A stretch of 63,666 nucleotides of DNA from a virus (Duplodnaviria; Caudoviricetes), in the IMG/VR virus record IMGVR_UViG_3300021438_000015, positions 1-63,666 of that record. The stretch is one strand, 5' to 3'. The notes under the pieces were generated by a model, which did not search any database, was not told the DNA's origin, and saw only the letters and a program-made list of their open reading frames with translations. Numbering within the stretch: the stretch's first letter is position 1; the number at the start of each line of letters is the position of its first letter. Below, in pieces: positions 1-6,580 of this stretch. A program made the position numbers and the translations under genes.

Positions 1-628
1 AAGTGACAACGCCACGACCACGCCTAATCTCAGGGCAAACAACATACTTGGTATCGTCAATGATAACCAGTTTAGGCAGACTCTTACGCCAAGCATCGGC
101 CAGATTCTTACGCTTGGGGCGTTTCTTGGCAATCTTCTGGTCACTATCGCACCATGCGAACAGTTTGAAACCAGCCTCAACCGCAGCGGCCTTATCATTA
201 GCGTTATGGATGCTAGCATATACATTCATATACTTTTCCATAGCCACAAGGCGACCATCATAGATATGAGTATAAAACCACATATCTGGCAGTGTCGTAC
301 CTTCCGATACGATACTCTCACAAGCCCACATTACATTCTCAACATAGTTAGTATCCAACTCACCGTTGAGAAACCAATCGCCACGCTCATGCCAGCGAAT
401 AGACTTCTCTTTACGGATGGCTTCCAGAATCATAGCACGAATACGATTCTTTTCCGTAATGAGATTTTGCATACCGGCAGGACGCACGTTAGGATACATT
501 TTCTCGGTTTGCTCTGCATAGCAACCGTCACCAAGAAATGCACAAGTAGGTGGACAAGTGTCACCCACAGGGCGAGAAACCACCAAACAACCCTTGCCAA
601 GTTTATCGTTACCGTCTGCAACTTTCAT
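1..628 (-). CDS. Gp88-like phage protein (radical-SAM-like Cys motif), truncated by window edge
   Basis: Not in ORF track. Hand translation from ATG at 628 (RBS AGGGAGA) gives MKVADGNDKLGKGCLVVSRPVGDTCPPTCAFLGDGCYAE...IRWHERGDW...WFYTH...VCPE, open to base 1. The TCPxxC..CYA and RWHxxGD motifs resemble the Gp88 family. Confidence 0.75.
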   Translation of the reverse strand, partial: MKVADGNDKLGKGCLVVSRPVGDTCPPTCAFLGDGCYAEQTEKMYPNVRPAGMQNLITEKNRIRAMILEAIRKEKSIRWHERGDWFLNGELDTNYVENVMWACESIVSEGTTLPDMWFYTHIYDGRLVAMEKYMNVYASIHNANDKAAAVEAGFKLFAWCDSDQKIAKKRPKRKNLADAWRKSLPKLVIIDDTKYVVCPEIRRGRGVVT

Positions 629-651
629 AACTTTCTCCCTTGTATGCCATC

Positions 652-679
652 ATTCTACAGTCTATATCGGCATGGTCAA
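652..679 (-). promoter_or_regulatory. sigma70-type promoter with GCCGATA box
   Basis: TTGACC-N16-TAGAAT; spacer contains GCCGATA. Confidence 0.75.
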
Positions 680-701
680 GGGGAAATATTTAAAAAATCT
701 T

Positions 702-761
702 TGGCATGGTGTTCGCGGCCCGCCCCGCTGTTTCTAAATCCTTATAGAGAAAGGACTTACG
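702..761 (+). promoter_or_regulatory. sigma54-like box + GC core + 27-bp palindrome element
   Basis: TGGCATGGTGTTCGC (702-716), GGCCCGCC, then CTAA-ATCC-TT-N7-AA-GGAC-TTAC (734-760). Confidence 0.6.
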
Positions 762-775
762 AATAGAAAAGAAAA

Positions 776-849
776 CGAGAATGACGGGACTTGAACCCGC
801 AACCTCTAGCGTGACAGGCTAGCGATCTAACCAGTTGATCTACATTCCC
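776..849 (-). tRNA. trnD: tRNA-Asp(GTC)
   Basis: Cloverleaf GGGAATG...CATTCTC, anticodon arm CTAGC-CTGTCAC-GCTAG, T-loop TTCAAGT; no encoded CCA. Confidence 0.95.
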
Positions 850-851
850 AA

Positions 852-923
852 TAGCCCCACGGAGGATCGAACTCCGATCTCCACCTTGAAAGGGTGGTGT
901 ACTAGCCATTATACAATGGGGCC
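852..923 (-). tRNA. trnE: tRNA-Glu(TTC)
   Basis: GGCCCCA...TGGGGCT acceptor, anticodon arm CCACC-CTTTCAA-GGTGG, GTTCGA. Confidence 0.95.
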
Positions 924-926
924 ATA

Positions 927-1000
927 ACACACAGGGTAGGATTCGAACCTACACAGAGCAAATTAACAGTTTGCGGCACTACCATTATGCTACCTGTGTA
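927..1000 (-). tRNA. trnN: tRNA-Asn(GTT)
   Basis: Anticodon arm GCAAA-CTGTTAA-TTTGC, T arm GTAGG-TTCGAAT-CCTAC. Confidence 0.93.
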
Positions 1001-1003
1001 AAA

Positions 1004-1075
1004 ATGCCCGACTAGGATTCGAACCTAGAAACGACGGAACCAAAATCCGTTGCAGTACCATTGTGCTATCGGGCA
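1004..1075 (-). tRNA. trnQ: tRNA-Gln(TTG)
   Basis: TGCCCGA...TCGGGCA acceptor, anticodon arm ACGGA-TTTTGGT-TCCGT, TTCGAAT loop. Confidence 0.95.
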
Positions 1076-1079
1076 ATAA

Positions 1080-1152
1080 GGCCAGTGGCCGGGAACGATC
1101 CGGCGACATTTGGTTTACAAAACCAACGCTCTACCAACTGAGCTACACTGGC
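1080..1152 (-). tRNA. trnT: tRNA-Thr(TGT), atypical T-loop
   Basis: GCCAGTG...CACTGGC acceptor, AGCTCAGTTGGTAGAGC D-arm, anticodon arm TTGGT-TTTGTAA-ACCAA, T-loop ATCGTTC. Confidence 0.92.
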
Positions 1153-1185
1153 GACCACGTAACTCAAACGTCAGCCTCCAAGATC

Positions 1186-1214
1186 ATTATACACTTTTTC
1201 TAGGGTTTTGTCAA
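1186..1214 (-). promoter_or_regulatory. sigma70-type promoter of tRNA cluster
   Basis: Perfect TTGACA-N17-TATAAT; also contains GTGTATAAT late-type motif. Confidence 0.85.
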
Positions 1215-1221
1215 GCAGATT

Positions 1222-1231
1222 GTGTATAGTA
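1222..1231 (+). promoter_or_regulatory. putative late promoter GTGTATA
   Basis: GTGTATAGTA a few nt before the HNH ATG; same motif precedes the late operons. Confidence 0.5.
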
Positions 1232-1235
1232 TTAT

Positions 1236-1778
1236 ATGAAAAAGAAATGTCCACAATGCGAATTAGAACTACCATTAACGAATGAGTACTTTCATAAAGA
1301 CTCTCGTTCTATTAATGGTTTTCATTCTTCATGTAAAAAATGTCGTTTGCACAAGTCTAAACTATCAGCATCTAATTTAGAAGCTAAACAACGAAAAGCA
1401 GAATATAGAAAACAAACCAGAGATCACATTAGAGAATATAAAAGGATATGGGAGCAAAATAGAGCAAAAACACATCCAGAGTTTAGAATAAAAACATCTC
1501 TCAGGCGTCGTATACATTCAGTAGTTAAATTTGGTCATAAAGCAGACAAAACATTTACATTGTTGGGCTGTTCTTTAGAGTATTTCATTGCCTATTTAGA
1601 AAGTAAATTCCAAGATGGCATGACTTTAGATAACTATGGGCAATGGCATATAGATCATATACGCCCTTGCTCTAGTTTTGATTTAATGGATCCAGAACAA
1701 CAACGACAGTGTTTTCACTATACTAATCTTCAACCCTTATGGGCAAAAGATAATCTATTGAAAAGCGATAAGTTTTAA
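1236..1778 (+). CDS. HNH homing endonuclease with N-terminal Zn finger
   Basis: N-terminal CPQC...CKKC; C-terminal WHIDHIRPC...CFHYTNLQPLWAKDNLLK HNH motif. Confidence 0.85.
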   Translation: MKKKCPQCELELPLTNEYFHKDSRSINGFHSSCKKCRLHKSKLSASNLEAKQRKAEYRKQTRDHIREYKRIWEQNRAKTHPEFRIKTSLRRRIHSVVKFGHKADKTFTLLGCSLEYFIAYLESKFQDGMTLDNYGQWHIDHIRPCSSFDLMDPEQQRQCFHYTNLQPLWAKDNLLKSDKF

Positions 1779-1779
1779 A

Positions 1780-1941
1780 CTATTCCCCATCGCCATAAAT
1801 ATTATACCACTCCCCGCTATCATCATAATCTACAATGTCCGCATCACATTCAAGTTCTTCATATTCATCGTAATCGGGAATATATGACAGGTGTCTCATA
1901 ACATTCTCGTTGTATAGAACATGATCAATATCGCGGGACAT
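1780..1941 (-). CDS. small acidic hypothetical protein (53 aa)
   Basis: Hand translation MSRDIDHVLYNENVMRHLSYIPDYDEYEELECDADIVDYDDSGEWYNIYGDGE; RBS AAGGAG; own promoter. Confidence 0.7.
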   Translation of the reverse strand: MSRDIDHVLYNENVMRHLSYIPDYDEYEELECDADIVDYDDSGEWYNIYGDGE

Positions 1942-1978
1942 TATAATCTCCTTATGATGATGGTAGGGGCATATCTCT

Positions 1979-2007
1979 ATTATACTCTATACACGGGAGG
2001 TTATCAA
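1979..2007 (-). promoter_or_regulatory. sigma70-type promoter
   Basis: TTGATA-N17-TATAAT. Confidence 0.7.
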
Positions 2008-2079
<72 letters not shown>

Positions 2080-2137
2080 AAAATGTACGGGTTATGCCAT
2101 ACTCGGCTTTGCATTTAACCGTGGTTTCTTTGATATC

Positions 2138-2166
2138 ATTCTACCAGCGGCCCGTACAGTTGTCAA
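2138..2166 (-). promoter_or_regulatory. sigma70-type promoter of tRNA-Lys
   Basis: TTGACA-N17-TAGAAT. Confidence 0.8.
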
Positions 2167-2445
2167 CTATTCAAATAACCTCATTTGCCCATCATTCTTT
2201 ATAATAGGATTGAAATCCAGTAGTTCGTTGCCATCATCATCTTCATAGCCATAAGTCTCAGCCTCAACAATCTCGCGGATACGCTCACGATATTCCTCAT
2301 CGCTATGGTTTTCCAGCCAAGAGTCAAGCAGATCATTAGCCAGTAGATCATTCACGCATAGAATAAAGTTCTCGGGCCATGAGTTTGTATCATCACGCCA
2401 GATAGCCCTCATTTCAGACGCAGTAAAGATATCAAATATGCCCAT
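2167..2445 (-). CDS. acidic hypothetical protein
   Basis: 92-aa ORF co-oriented with neighbours, promoter directly upstream. Confidence 0.75.
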   Translation of the reverse strand: MGIFDIFTASEMRAIWRDDTNSWPENFILCVNDLLANDLLDSWLENHSDEEYRERIREIVEAETYGYEDDDGNELLDFNPIIKNDGQMRLFE

Positions 2446-2472
2446 AACCTTATCGTCCTTTCTTGTCTACAA

Positions 2473-2501
2473 AGTTTACTCTAAAATGGAAGGTCTGTCA
2501 A
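2473..2501 (-). promoter_or_regulatory. sigma70-type promoter
   Basis: TTGACA-N17-TAAACT. Confidence 0.65.
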
Positions 2502-2657
2502 GTCATTCTGTCGCTGACTATCTGCACAACATCGATCTTCATTATTTGGGAAAGACTCTCCCCCGCATTTTGCCTGCCTTTTGTATTCTTCCCATTCCTC
2601 CCAAACTACCAAGTCTGCCGTTTCCTCACAGTGTACGCACTCATCCCATTTTGACAT
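2481..2657 (-). CDS. small Cys-containing hypothetical protein
   Basis: Start moved to MSKWDECVHC (ATG 2657, RBS AAGGAG). Confidence 0.6.
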   Translation of the reverse strand: MSKWDECVHCEETADLVVWEEWEEYKRQAKCGGESFPNNEDRCCADSQRQNDLTDLPF

Positions 2658-2689
2658 GGTGTAACTCCTTATGCTGTAACGACTTCCGT

Positions 2690-2717
2690 ATGCTACCATA
2701 TTATCGGCTTTTGTCAA
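2690..2717 (-). promoter_or_regulatory. sigma70-type promoter with GCCGATA box
   Basis: TTGACA-N16-TAGCAT; GCCGATA in spacer. Confidence 0.65.
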
Positions 2718-2736
2718 GCCCCACTTTAAACTTTCT

Positions 2737-2817
2737 CTAAGTCTATATATACCAATACTTTACGACGAATCCGGCCCGCCCGCCTCGCCCTAAACCCTTA
2801 CAGTGTAAGGACTTAGA
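2737..2817. repeat. paired 27-bp palindromes with GC core
   Basis: TAA-N4-WT-N7-AA-N4-TTA at 2737 and 2790 (53 bp apart) flanking CCGGCCCGCCCGCC. Confidence 0.8.
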
Positions 2818-2840
2818 GCTAAAGGCTAGGCTAGTGTACA

Positions 2841-3245
2841 TTAAAACAGGTGAGCGACACCCATACTGTACAAAAGATTACCGGTTACTGTACGCCTGCA
2901 CATGTCACTACGCTCTGCATAAAACTGGCGATACTCACCGTTTGACATTTTGCAAGTAACAAGCGTAGGGCTACGCTGAAACTCTTTATCATATCGGCGG
3001 TAATCACTAGACCAGTTCAGACGGTCAATCTCATCCTTAGTCAACTTATAAACATTCACAACCTTGGCAAGATACCTTTGATAATCACCAGTTACAGGTT
3101 GGAAGTATCGAAAGTTATATACAGTACCAACAGTAGCATTAGCAAGACTATCATGCACACCTCTGTATACATTGAAAAAGAAAAAGCAAACCAAAGCAAC
3201 GCAAGAAAGGGCAAGCAAACCGCCAAACAAAACGAGATCATTCAT
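2841..3245 (-). CDS. hypothetical protein with N-terminal membrane anchor
   Basis: 134 aa; hydrophobic LVLFGGLLALSCVALVCFFFF; RBS AGGAG. Confidence 0.8.
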   Translation of the reverse strand: MNDLVLFGGLLALSCVALVCFFFFNVYRGVHDSLANATVGTVYNFRYFQPVTGDYQRYLAKVVNVYKLTKDEIDRLNWSSDYRRYDKEFQRSPTLVTCKMSNGEYRQFYAERSDMCRRTVTGNLLYSMGVAHLF

Positions 3246-3271
3246 TTATCAACTCCTAGTGGGAAAAACTC

Positions 3272-3300
3272 ATTATACCTTGTCGATGAGGCTTTGTCAA
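3272..3300 (-). promoter_or_regulatory. sigma70-type promoter
   Basis: Perfect TTGACA-N17-TATAAT. Confidence 0.85.
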
Positions 3301-3560
3301 GCACTCAGCACATCATCTTCTACAATATCATCGGCATCTTCCGCGAAGCAACTTGAGTTTACTTCGTCAACGTCGATACCGCTATCATTCCACGCCACAT
3401 TGTCGGGCGTTTCATATGCAATCGCTCCACCTTCATTGTAAAGGTATTCTTGAAACTCAGCATAGTTAGAGCAACTACGAGAGAGATTATAAAGCCCCTC
3501 GTCGTTACTAATCCAGAGGCACACGTTCCACGTTTCGTAGTTAGCATAACCGTTATACAT
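3297..3560 (-). CDS. conserved phage hypothetical protein (YNG.NYETWNV.LW..ND type)
   Basis: N-terminal MYNGYANYETWNVCLWISNDEGLY pattern is recurrent in phage early proteins; acidic tail. Confidence 0.8.
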   Translation of the reverse strand: MYNGYANYETWNVCLWISNDEGLYNLSRSCSNYAEFQEYLYNEGGAIAYETPDNVAWNDSGIDVDEVNSSCFAEDADDIVEDDVLSA

Positions 3561-3763
3561 CAGAAATCATCTCCGTAGGTGTCACCAAAACAACCATAAC
3601 CCTCATCAACGTCCCAGCCGATAGAGTTCATCGCACTATCATGGTCGCCATCCATGCTATCATCATAGTAATCGTCCCGATAATCATTCGGGTCAACAGT
3701 ATCATCATGGTAGTCCATGTCATAGTCCTCGTAATCGTGGGTAGGATCGGGGCAACTCATCAT
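3560..3763 (-). CDS. extremely Asp-rich small protein
   Basis: 67 aa, about one third Asp; start/stop overlap with downstream gene; RBS AAGGAG. Confidence 0.75.
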   Translation of the reverse strand: MMSCPDPTHDYEDYDMDYHDDTVDPNDYRDDYYDDSMDGDHDSAMNSIGWDVDEGYGCFGDTYGDDF

Positions 3764-3770
3764 TCACTCC

Positions 3771-3947
3771 TTAGAAAGTATACTCTTCGGGAATCCACTC
3801 GTCAACATCAACGCCAACGATTTCCGCCCAATCGTAGAAATCGCACAGCACAGCCGGATCATCAACAGGCTCGACCATCGGCTCAACCGCTTCCTTCGCG
3901 GCAAGGTCAGCAAGAATCGCGTTGACTTCTTCAAAATCGTAGAGCAT
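3771..3947 (-). CDS. small acidic hypothetical protein
   Basis: MLYDFEEVNAIL...; RBS AGGAGG appropriately spaced from ATG 3947. Confidence 0.75.
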   Translation of the reverse strand: MLYDFEEVNAILADLAAKEAVEPMVEPVDDPAVLCDFYDWAEIVGVDVDEWIPEEYTF

Positions 3948-3972
3948 TTTCATTCCTCCTAGGTATGCCATC

Positions 3973-4000
3973 ATTCTACACTAGTTATCGGCAACGTCAA
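3973..4000 (-). promoter_or_regulatory. sigma70-type promoter with GCCGATA box
   Basis: TTGACG-N16-TAGAAT; shares TGTAGAATGATGGCATAC with promoter at 652-679. Confidence 0.75.
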
Positions 4001-4045
4001 GCCCCAATCTACAAATATTTTTCCTTAAAAAGATGAAAGGGTATT

Positions 4046-4105
4046 TGGCACAAAAATCGCGGCCCGCCCCATTCGCCCTAAACCCTTGTCAGATATAGAG
4101 TTACG
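4046..4105 (+). promoter_or_regulatory. sigma54-like box + GC core + 27-bp palindrome element
   Basis: TGGCACAAAAATCGC (4046-4060), GGCCCGCC, palindrome at 4078; same 32-bp offset as the element at 702. Confidence 0.6.
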
Positions 4106-4183
4106 TCAACTATTCACAATCCAAGCCGCTATACATCCGATCACGAAAGAAAGTGAAAGCACAATCGCGTCACCTGTACGCAT
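4106..4183 (-). CDS. 25-aa single-TM peptide
   Basis: MRTGDAIVLSLSFVIGCIAAWIVNS; AAGGA RBS; below ORF-track cutoff. Confidence 0.55.
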   Translation of the reverse strand: MRTGDAIVLSLSFVIGCIAAWIVNS

Positions 4184-4185
4184 AT

Positions 4186-4287
4186 TCAGTCCTTTTTTAT
4201 TGGAAAAACAAGATCAGAAACAAACCAACAACCAATAACGCCAACAACAAATCCCACACCGATTTGTACCCAGTTAATATCGACCAT
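4186..4287 (-). CDS. 33-aa single-TM peptide
   Basis: MVDINWVQIGVGFVVGVIGCWFVSDLVFPIKKD; AAAGGGG upstream. Confidence 0.6.
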   Translation of the reverse strand: MVDINWVQIGVGFVVGVIGCWFVSDLVFPIKKD

Positions 4288-4302
4288 CCTTGGCCCCTTT
4301 CT

Positions 4303-4602
4303 TTATGAAACTAAAATGTTATCTTCAAACGGAGTACCATCCTGCAAAAACCATTCGTAGTTTTTCTGGTACACACAAACCGGACTATACTTGTTAATAC
4401 GATCCTTAGTGGTGCTAGTTCGCCATCCGTTGGTGTTCAACTTATAAAGCCCGTTAGGATAAATAACAACCACCTTCGTACCATGCAGTTCAATAGCAAC
4501 ACTACCATCGTGCTGAATGTAAGCGTAGGTATTGTTGCCAACCTTACGCTGGCTTCGGTTACGCTTGCCCAAAACCATCTTAGTCGCTTCGGCGTGAGTC
4601 AT
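4303..4602 (-). CDS. conserved phage hypothetical protein
   Basis: 99 aa with LHGT..V...L.T.GW.T.TTK.RIN pattern typical of phage early proteins. Confidence 0.8.
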   Translation of the reverse strand: MTHAEATKMVLGKRNRSQRKVGNNTYAYIQHDGSVAIELHGTKVVVIYPNGLYKLNTNGWRTSTTKDRINKYSPVCVYQKNYEWFLQDGTPFEDNILVS

Positions 4603-4615
4603 CTTTTTTCCTTAG

Positions 4616-4831
4616 TTAGAGAGCCTTGATTTGATTCAGTATATCGGCCACACCAGCAAAGTCAAGCCATCCCACAACGTCACTAGTCACGGGAGTATCA
4701 TATACAATCTTGCCATCTTTCATAACGGCAACTTCAAAAAGCCCATCTTTTCCACCATAGGTCATAGCATTACTTACAACGCTAGCCTCGTAACCATTAT
4801 CAAACTTAAAAACTTTACGGTAATCGTTCAT
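4616..4831 (-). CDS. conserved phage hypothetical protein
   Basis: MNDYRKVFKFDNGYEASVV...YGGKDGLFEVAV...YDTPVTSDVVGWL; RBS GAGGA. Confidence 0.8.
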   Translation of the reverse strand: MNDYRKVFKFDNGYEASVVSNAMTYGGKDGLFEVAVMKDGKIVYDTPVTSDVVGWLDFAGVADILNQIKAL

Positions 4832-4854
4832 GATATCCTCTTTCTTATATCGAC

Positions 4855-4882
4855 ATTCTATCATCTAAACTTTAGTTGTCAA
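4855..4882 (-). promoter_or_regulatory. sigma70-type promoter
   Basis: TTGACA-N16-TAGAAT followed by GTCGATA; CTAAAGTT in spacer. Confidence 0.75.
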
Positions 4883-4996
4883 GCGTTTTTCGTGCTGACT
4901 ACGCTGGCTACCAAATGATCCGGCCAGTTTGGCCGAGACTTCCCAGTTTTCCCAGATCGCCCAAACCCCCCATTTTGCCTATCTTACCAAAACCCC

Positions 4997-5326
4997 CTAT
5001 TCGTCGTAAAACGCGGAGATTTCCTGTCCTGCCACAGCATACATTTCATACATACTACGCAAAGCCTCTACCCTCTCGCGGCTTCCCGGCTTACCTACCT
5101 TGTCAATCATGAGGTCGTTACCCCCCACAATGCGGGGATCGACGCTTTCCTTACGCACCTTACCAGCATTACGCAAAGCGGTACGGTTGAACTTGATTAC
5201 CTTTTCGCTTTTGATTGGCCCATATTGCCCATCCGCAAGGCTAGGTTGATGGGGAATAGCGATTCCCACAAAGCACATGCGAGCCTGTCGCTTGGCATCT
5301 TCGATGATTTGAAACTTTGTAGCCAT
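4997..5326 (-). CDS. hypothetical protein
   Basis: 109-aa ORF, RBS AAGGA, own promoter. Confidence 0.8.
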   Translation of the reverse strand: MATKFQIIEDAKRQARMCFVGIAIPHQPSLADGQYGPIKSEKVIKFNRTALRNAGKVRKESVDPRIVGGNDLMIDKVGKPGSRERVEALRSMYEMYAVAGQEISAFYDE

Positions 5327-5352
5327 TTTCTTTTCCTTAGTGGTGATGATGG

Positions 5353-5381
5353 ATTGTACGAAACTTTTTCTACGCTGTCAA
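5353..5381 (-). promoter_or_regulatory. sigma70-type promoter
   Basis: TTGACA-N17-TACAAT. Confidence 0.75.
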
Positions 5382-5575
5382 GAGAGGCTAAAACCTAGTT
5401 CAATCTCTAGAGACATCTTGCAAACTTTTTCGCGTAGAGCGTGAAGCCTAGCGGCCTCTTTCCTATACGCTTCCTTTTCTTCATCATTTATAATAGGAAG
5501 GATGGTATCCATAATCCGGTTTTCCCGGTGGATAATGGCAAGGTGGATATCTTTTAGTTCGTCAACGGTTAGCAT
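5378..5575 (-). CDS. hypothetical protein
   Basis: 65-aa helical ORF, RBS AAGGA. Confidence 0.75.
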   Translation of the reverse strand: MLTVDELKDIHLAIIHRENRIMDTILPIINDEEKEAYRKEAARLHALREKVCKMSLEIELGFSLS

Positions 5576-5607
5576 TTCTTTTCCTTTTCTCTTTCTTACT
5601 TATCGGT

Positions 5608-5635
5608 ATTCTAGCGACTCAACTTTAGAAGTCAA
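5608..5635 (-). promoter_or_regulatory. sigma70-type promoter
   Basis: TTGACT-N16-TAGAAT followed by ACCGATA; CTAAAGTT in spacer. Confidence 0.75.
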
Positions 5636-5781
5636 GCATTTTCTTTTTCGTTTTTCTCTTTTTCTTCTCTACGCTTTTGCTCATAGTAGGATTCCAGAGA
5701 CTTCAAAAACTCGTCAACGTATCCATCTTCATTATCACGACGGTAATCGTATCCATCGTCAGACTTATAAAACTTACCCAT
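5632..5781 (-). CDS. small charged hypothetical protein
   Basis: MGKFYKSDDGYD...; RBS AAAGGT. Confidence 0.6.
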   Translation of the reverse strand: MGKFYKSDDGYDYRRDNEDGYVDEFLKSLESYYEQKRREEKEKNEKENA

Positions 5782-5801
5782 TTTATTTACCTTTCCTATC
5801 C

Positions 5802-5969
5802 TCAAAAAGTTTCCAGAAGATCGAAATCTTCCCAACCACTAATCTCTACCGCATCGTATACGGTTCGACCAACCAGAAAAGCCGACCCAATCGGCACAAT
5901 CTCGAAAGTCTTTCCATTTTCACCATACAACCTAACCAACTCACTCTGGATATCTTCAATGTAAACCAT
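5802..5969 (-). CDS. small hypothetical protein downstream of sigma54-type promoter
   Basis: MVYIEDIQSELVRLYG...; purine-rich leader AAGAAAGAGAGAG. Confidence 0.6.
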   Translation of the reverse strand: MVYIEDIQSELVRLYGENGKTFEIVPIGSAFLVGRTVYDAVEISGWEDFDLLETF

Positions 5970-6003
5970 TTTCAACTCTCTCTTTCTTATGTCTATATAT
6001 AGA

Positions 6004-6018
6004 GCAATCGGTGTGCCA
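6004..6018 (-). promoter_or_regulatory. sigma54 (-24/-12) promoter
   Basis: TGGCACACCGATTGC, exact TGGCAC-N5-TTGC, 35 bp upstream of ATG 5969. Confidence 0.7.
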
Positions 6019-6090
6019 AACATAGATTATTTTTTTGTGCGTTTCGACCGGGAAAAACGCTATGACATTTTTTGTGCTTAGTTTTTGAGC

Positions 6091-6169
6091 GTAGCATTTT
6101 GCAACACCCTGTAGCATTTTGCGTTAGTGATTTCGGCCATGAAACTGAGGTAGTGTAGCATTTTGCAAC
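6091..6169. repeat. three GTAGCATTTTGC(AAC) repeats, enhancer (UAS)-like
   Basis: Copies at 6091, 6111 and 6155; imperfect palindrome GTAGCA-TTT-TGCAAC. Confidence 0.75.
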
Positions 6170-6221
6170 GGTCTACCTATCTTACCATGCCTCTTTTGTA
6201 GGCGTGCGATTTTTTATTCCA

Positions 6222-6357
6222 CGGCACGGATTTTGCGTTGATACTCGCTCTAAGTCCTTATGCCACAATGGTTTACGTCAAACGCGGCCCGCCGGATTCG
6301 CCCTAAGTCCTTATGTAGCAAGGGTTTAGGTTAAATCCTAGGGCAAACGGTGTGCCA
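6222..6357. promoter_or_regulatory. dyad-symmetric element: two convergent sigma54 boxes enclosing paired palindromes
   Basis: CGGCAC-N5-TTGC (+, 6222-6236), 13 bp, palindrome 6250-6276, GC core, palindrome 6303-6329, 13 bp, TGGCAC-N5-TTGC (-, 6343-6357). Confidence 0.75.
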
Positions 6358-6365
6358 TTCAGATT

Positions 6366-6380
6366 TGGCACGATATTTGC
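6366..6380 (+). promoter_or_regulatory. sigma54 (-24/-12) box, antisense to genes
   Basis: TGGCACGATATTTGC exact consensus. Confidence 0.6.
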
Positions 6381-6557
6381 TCACCCGAAATATTGCTCTT
6401 CCCAAAAGTCCTCATCATACCCCTCTTCCTCATCTTCCCAACCTTCCCCATCGTCAAGGCCAGCAATGTAATCTGCCTCGTCTTCCATTTCTTCCCAACC
6501 CCTATAGATTTCCTCTTCGTTGATTTCCGACATATCGTAGATGAAATCGTTGTTCAT
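6381..6557 (-). CDS. extremely Glu/Asp-rich small protein
   Basis: MNNDFIYDMSEINEEE...EDEEEGYDEDFWEEQYFG; AAAGGT RBS. Confidence 0.7.
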   Translation of the reverse strand: MNNDFIYDMSEINEEEIYRGWEEMEDEADYIAGLDDGEGWEDEEEGYDEDFWEEQYFG

Positions 6558-6580
6558 TTGTATACCTTTGGGTTTAGTGT

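Noticed and set aside
3-766. Plus-strand ORFs 3-263 and 206-766, and minus ORF 430-621
   Set aside because: Shadows of the real minus-strand gene 1-628, which has an RBS, a promoter and recognisable motifs
2080-2135. Possible extra small RNA or degenerate tRNA upstream of tRNA-Lys
   Set aside because: Only a weak hairpin; no cloverleaf or T-loop
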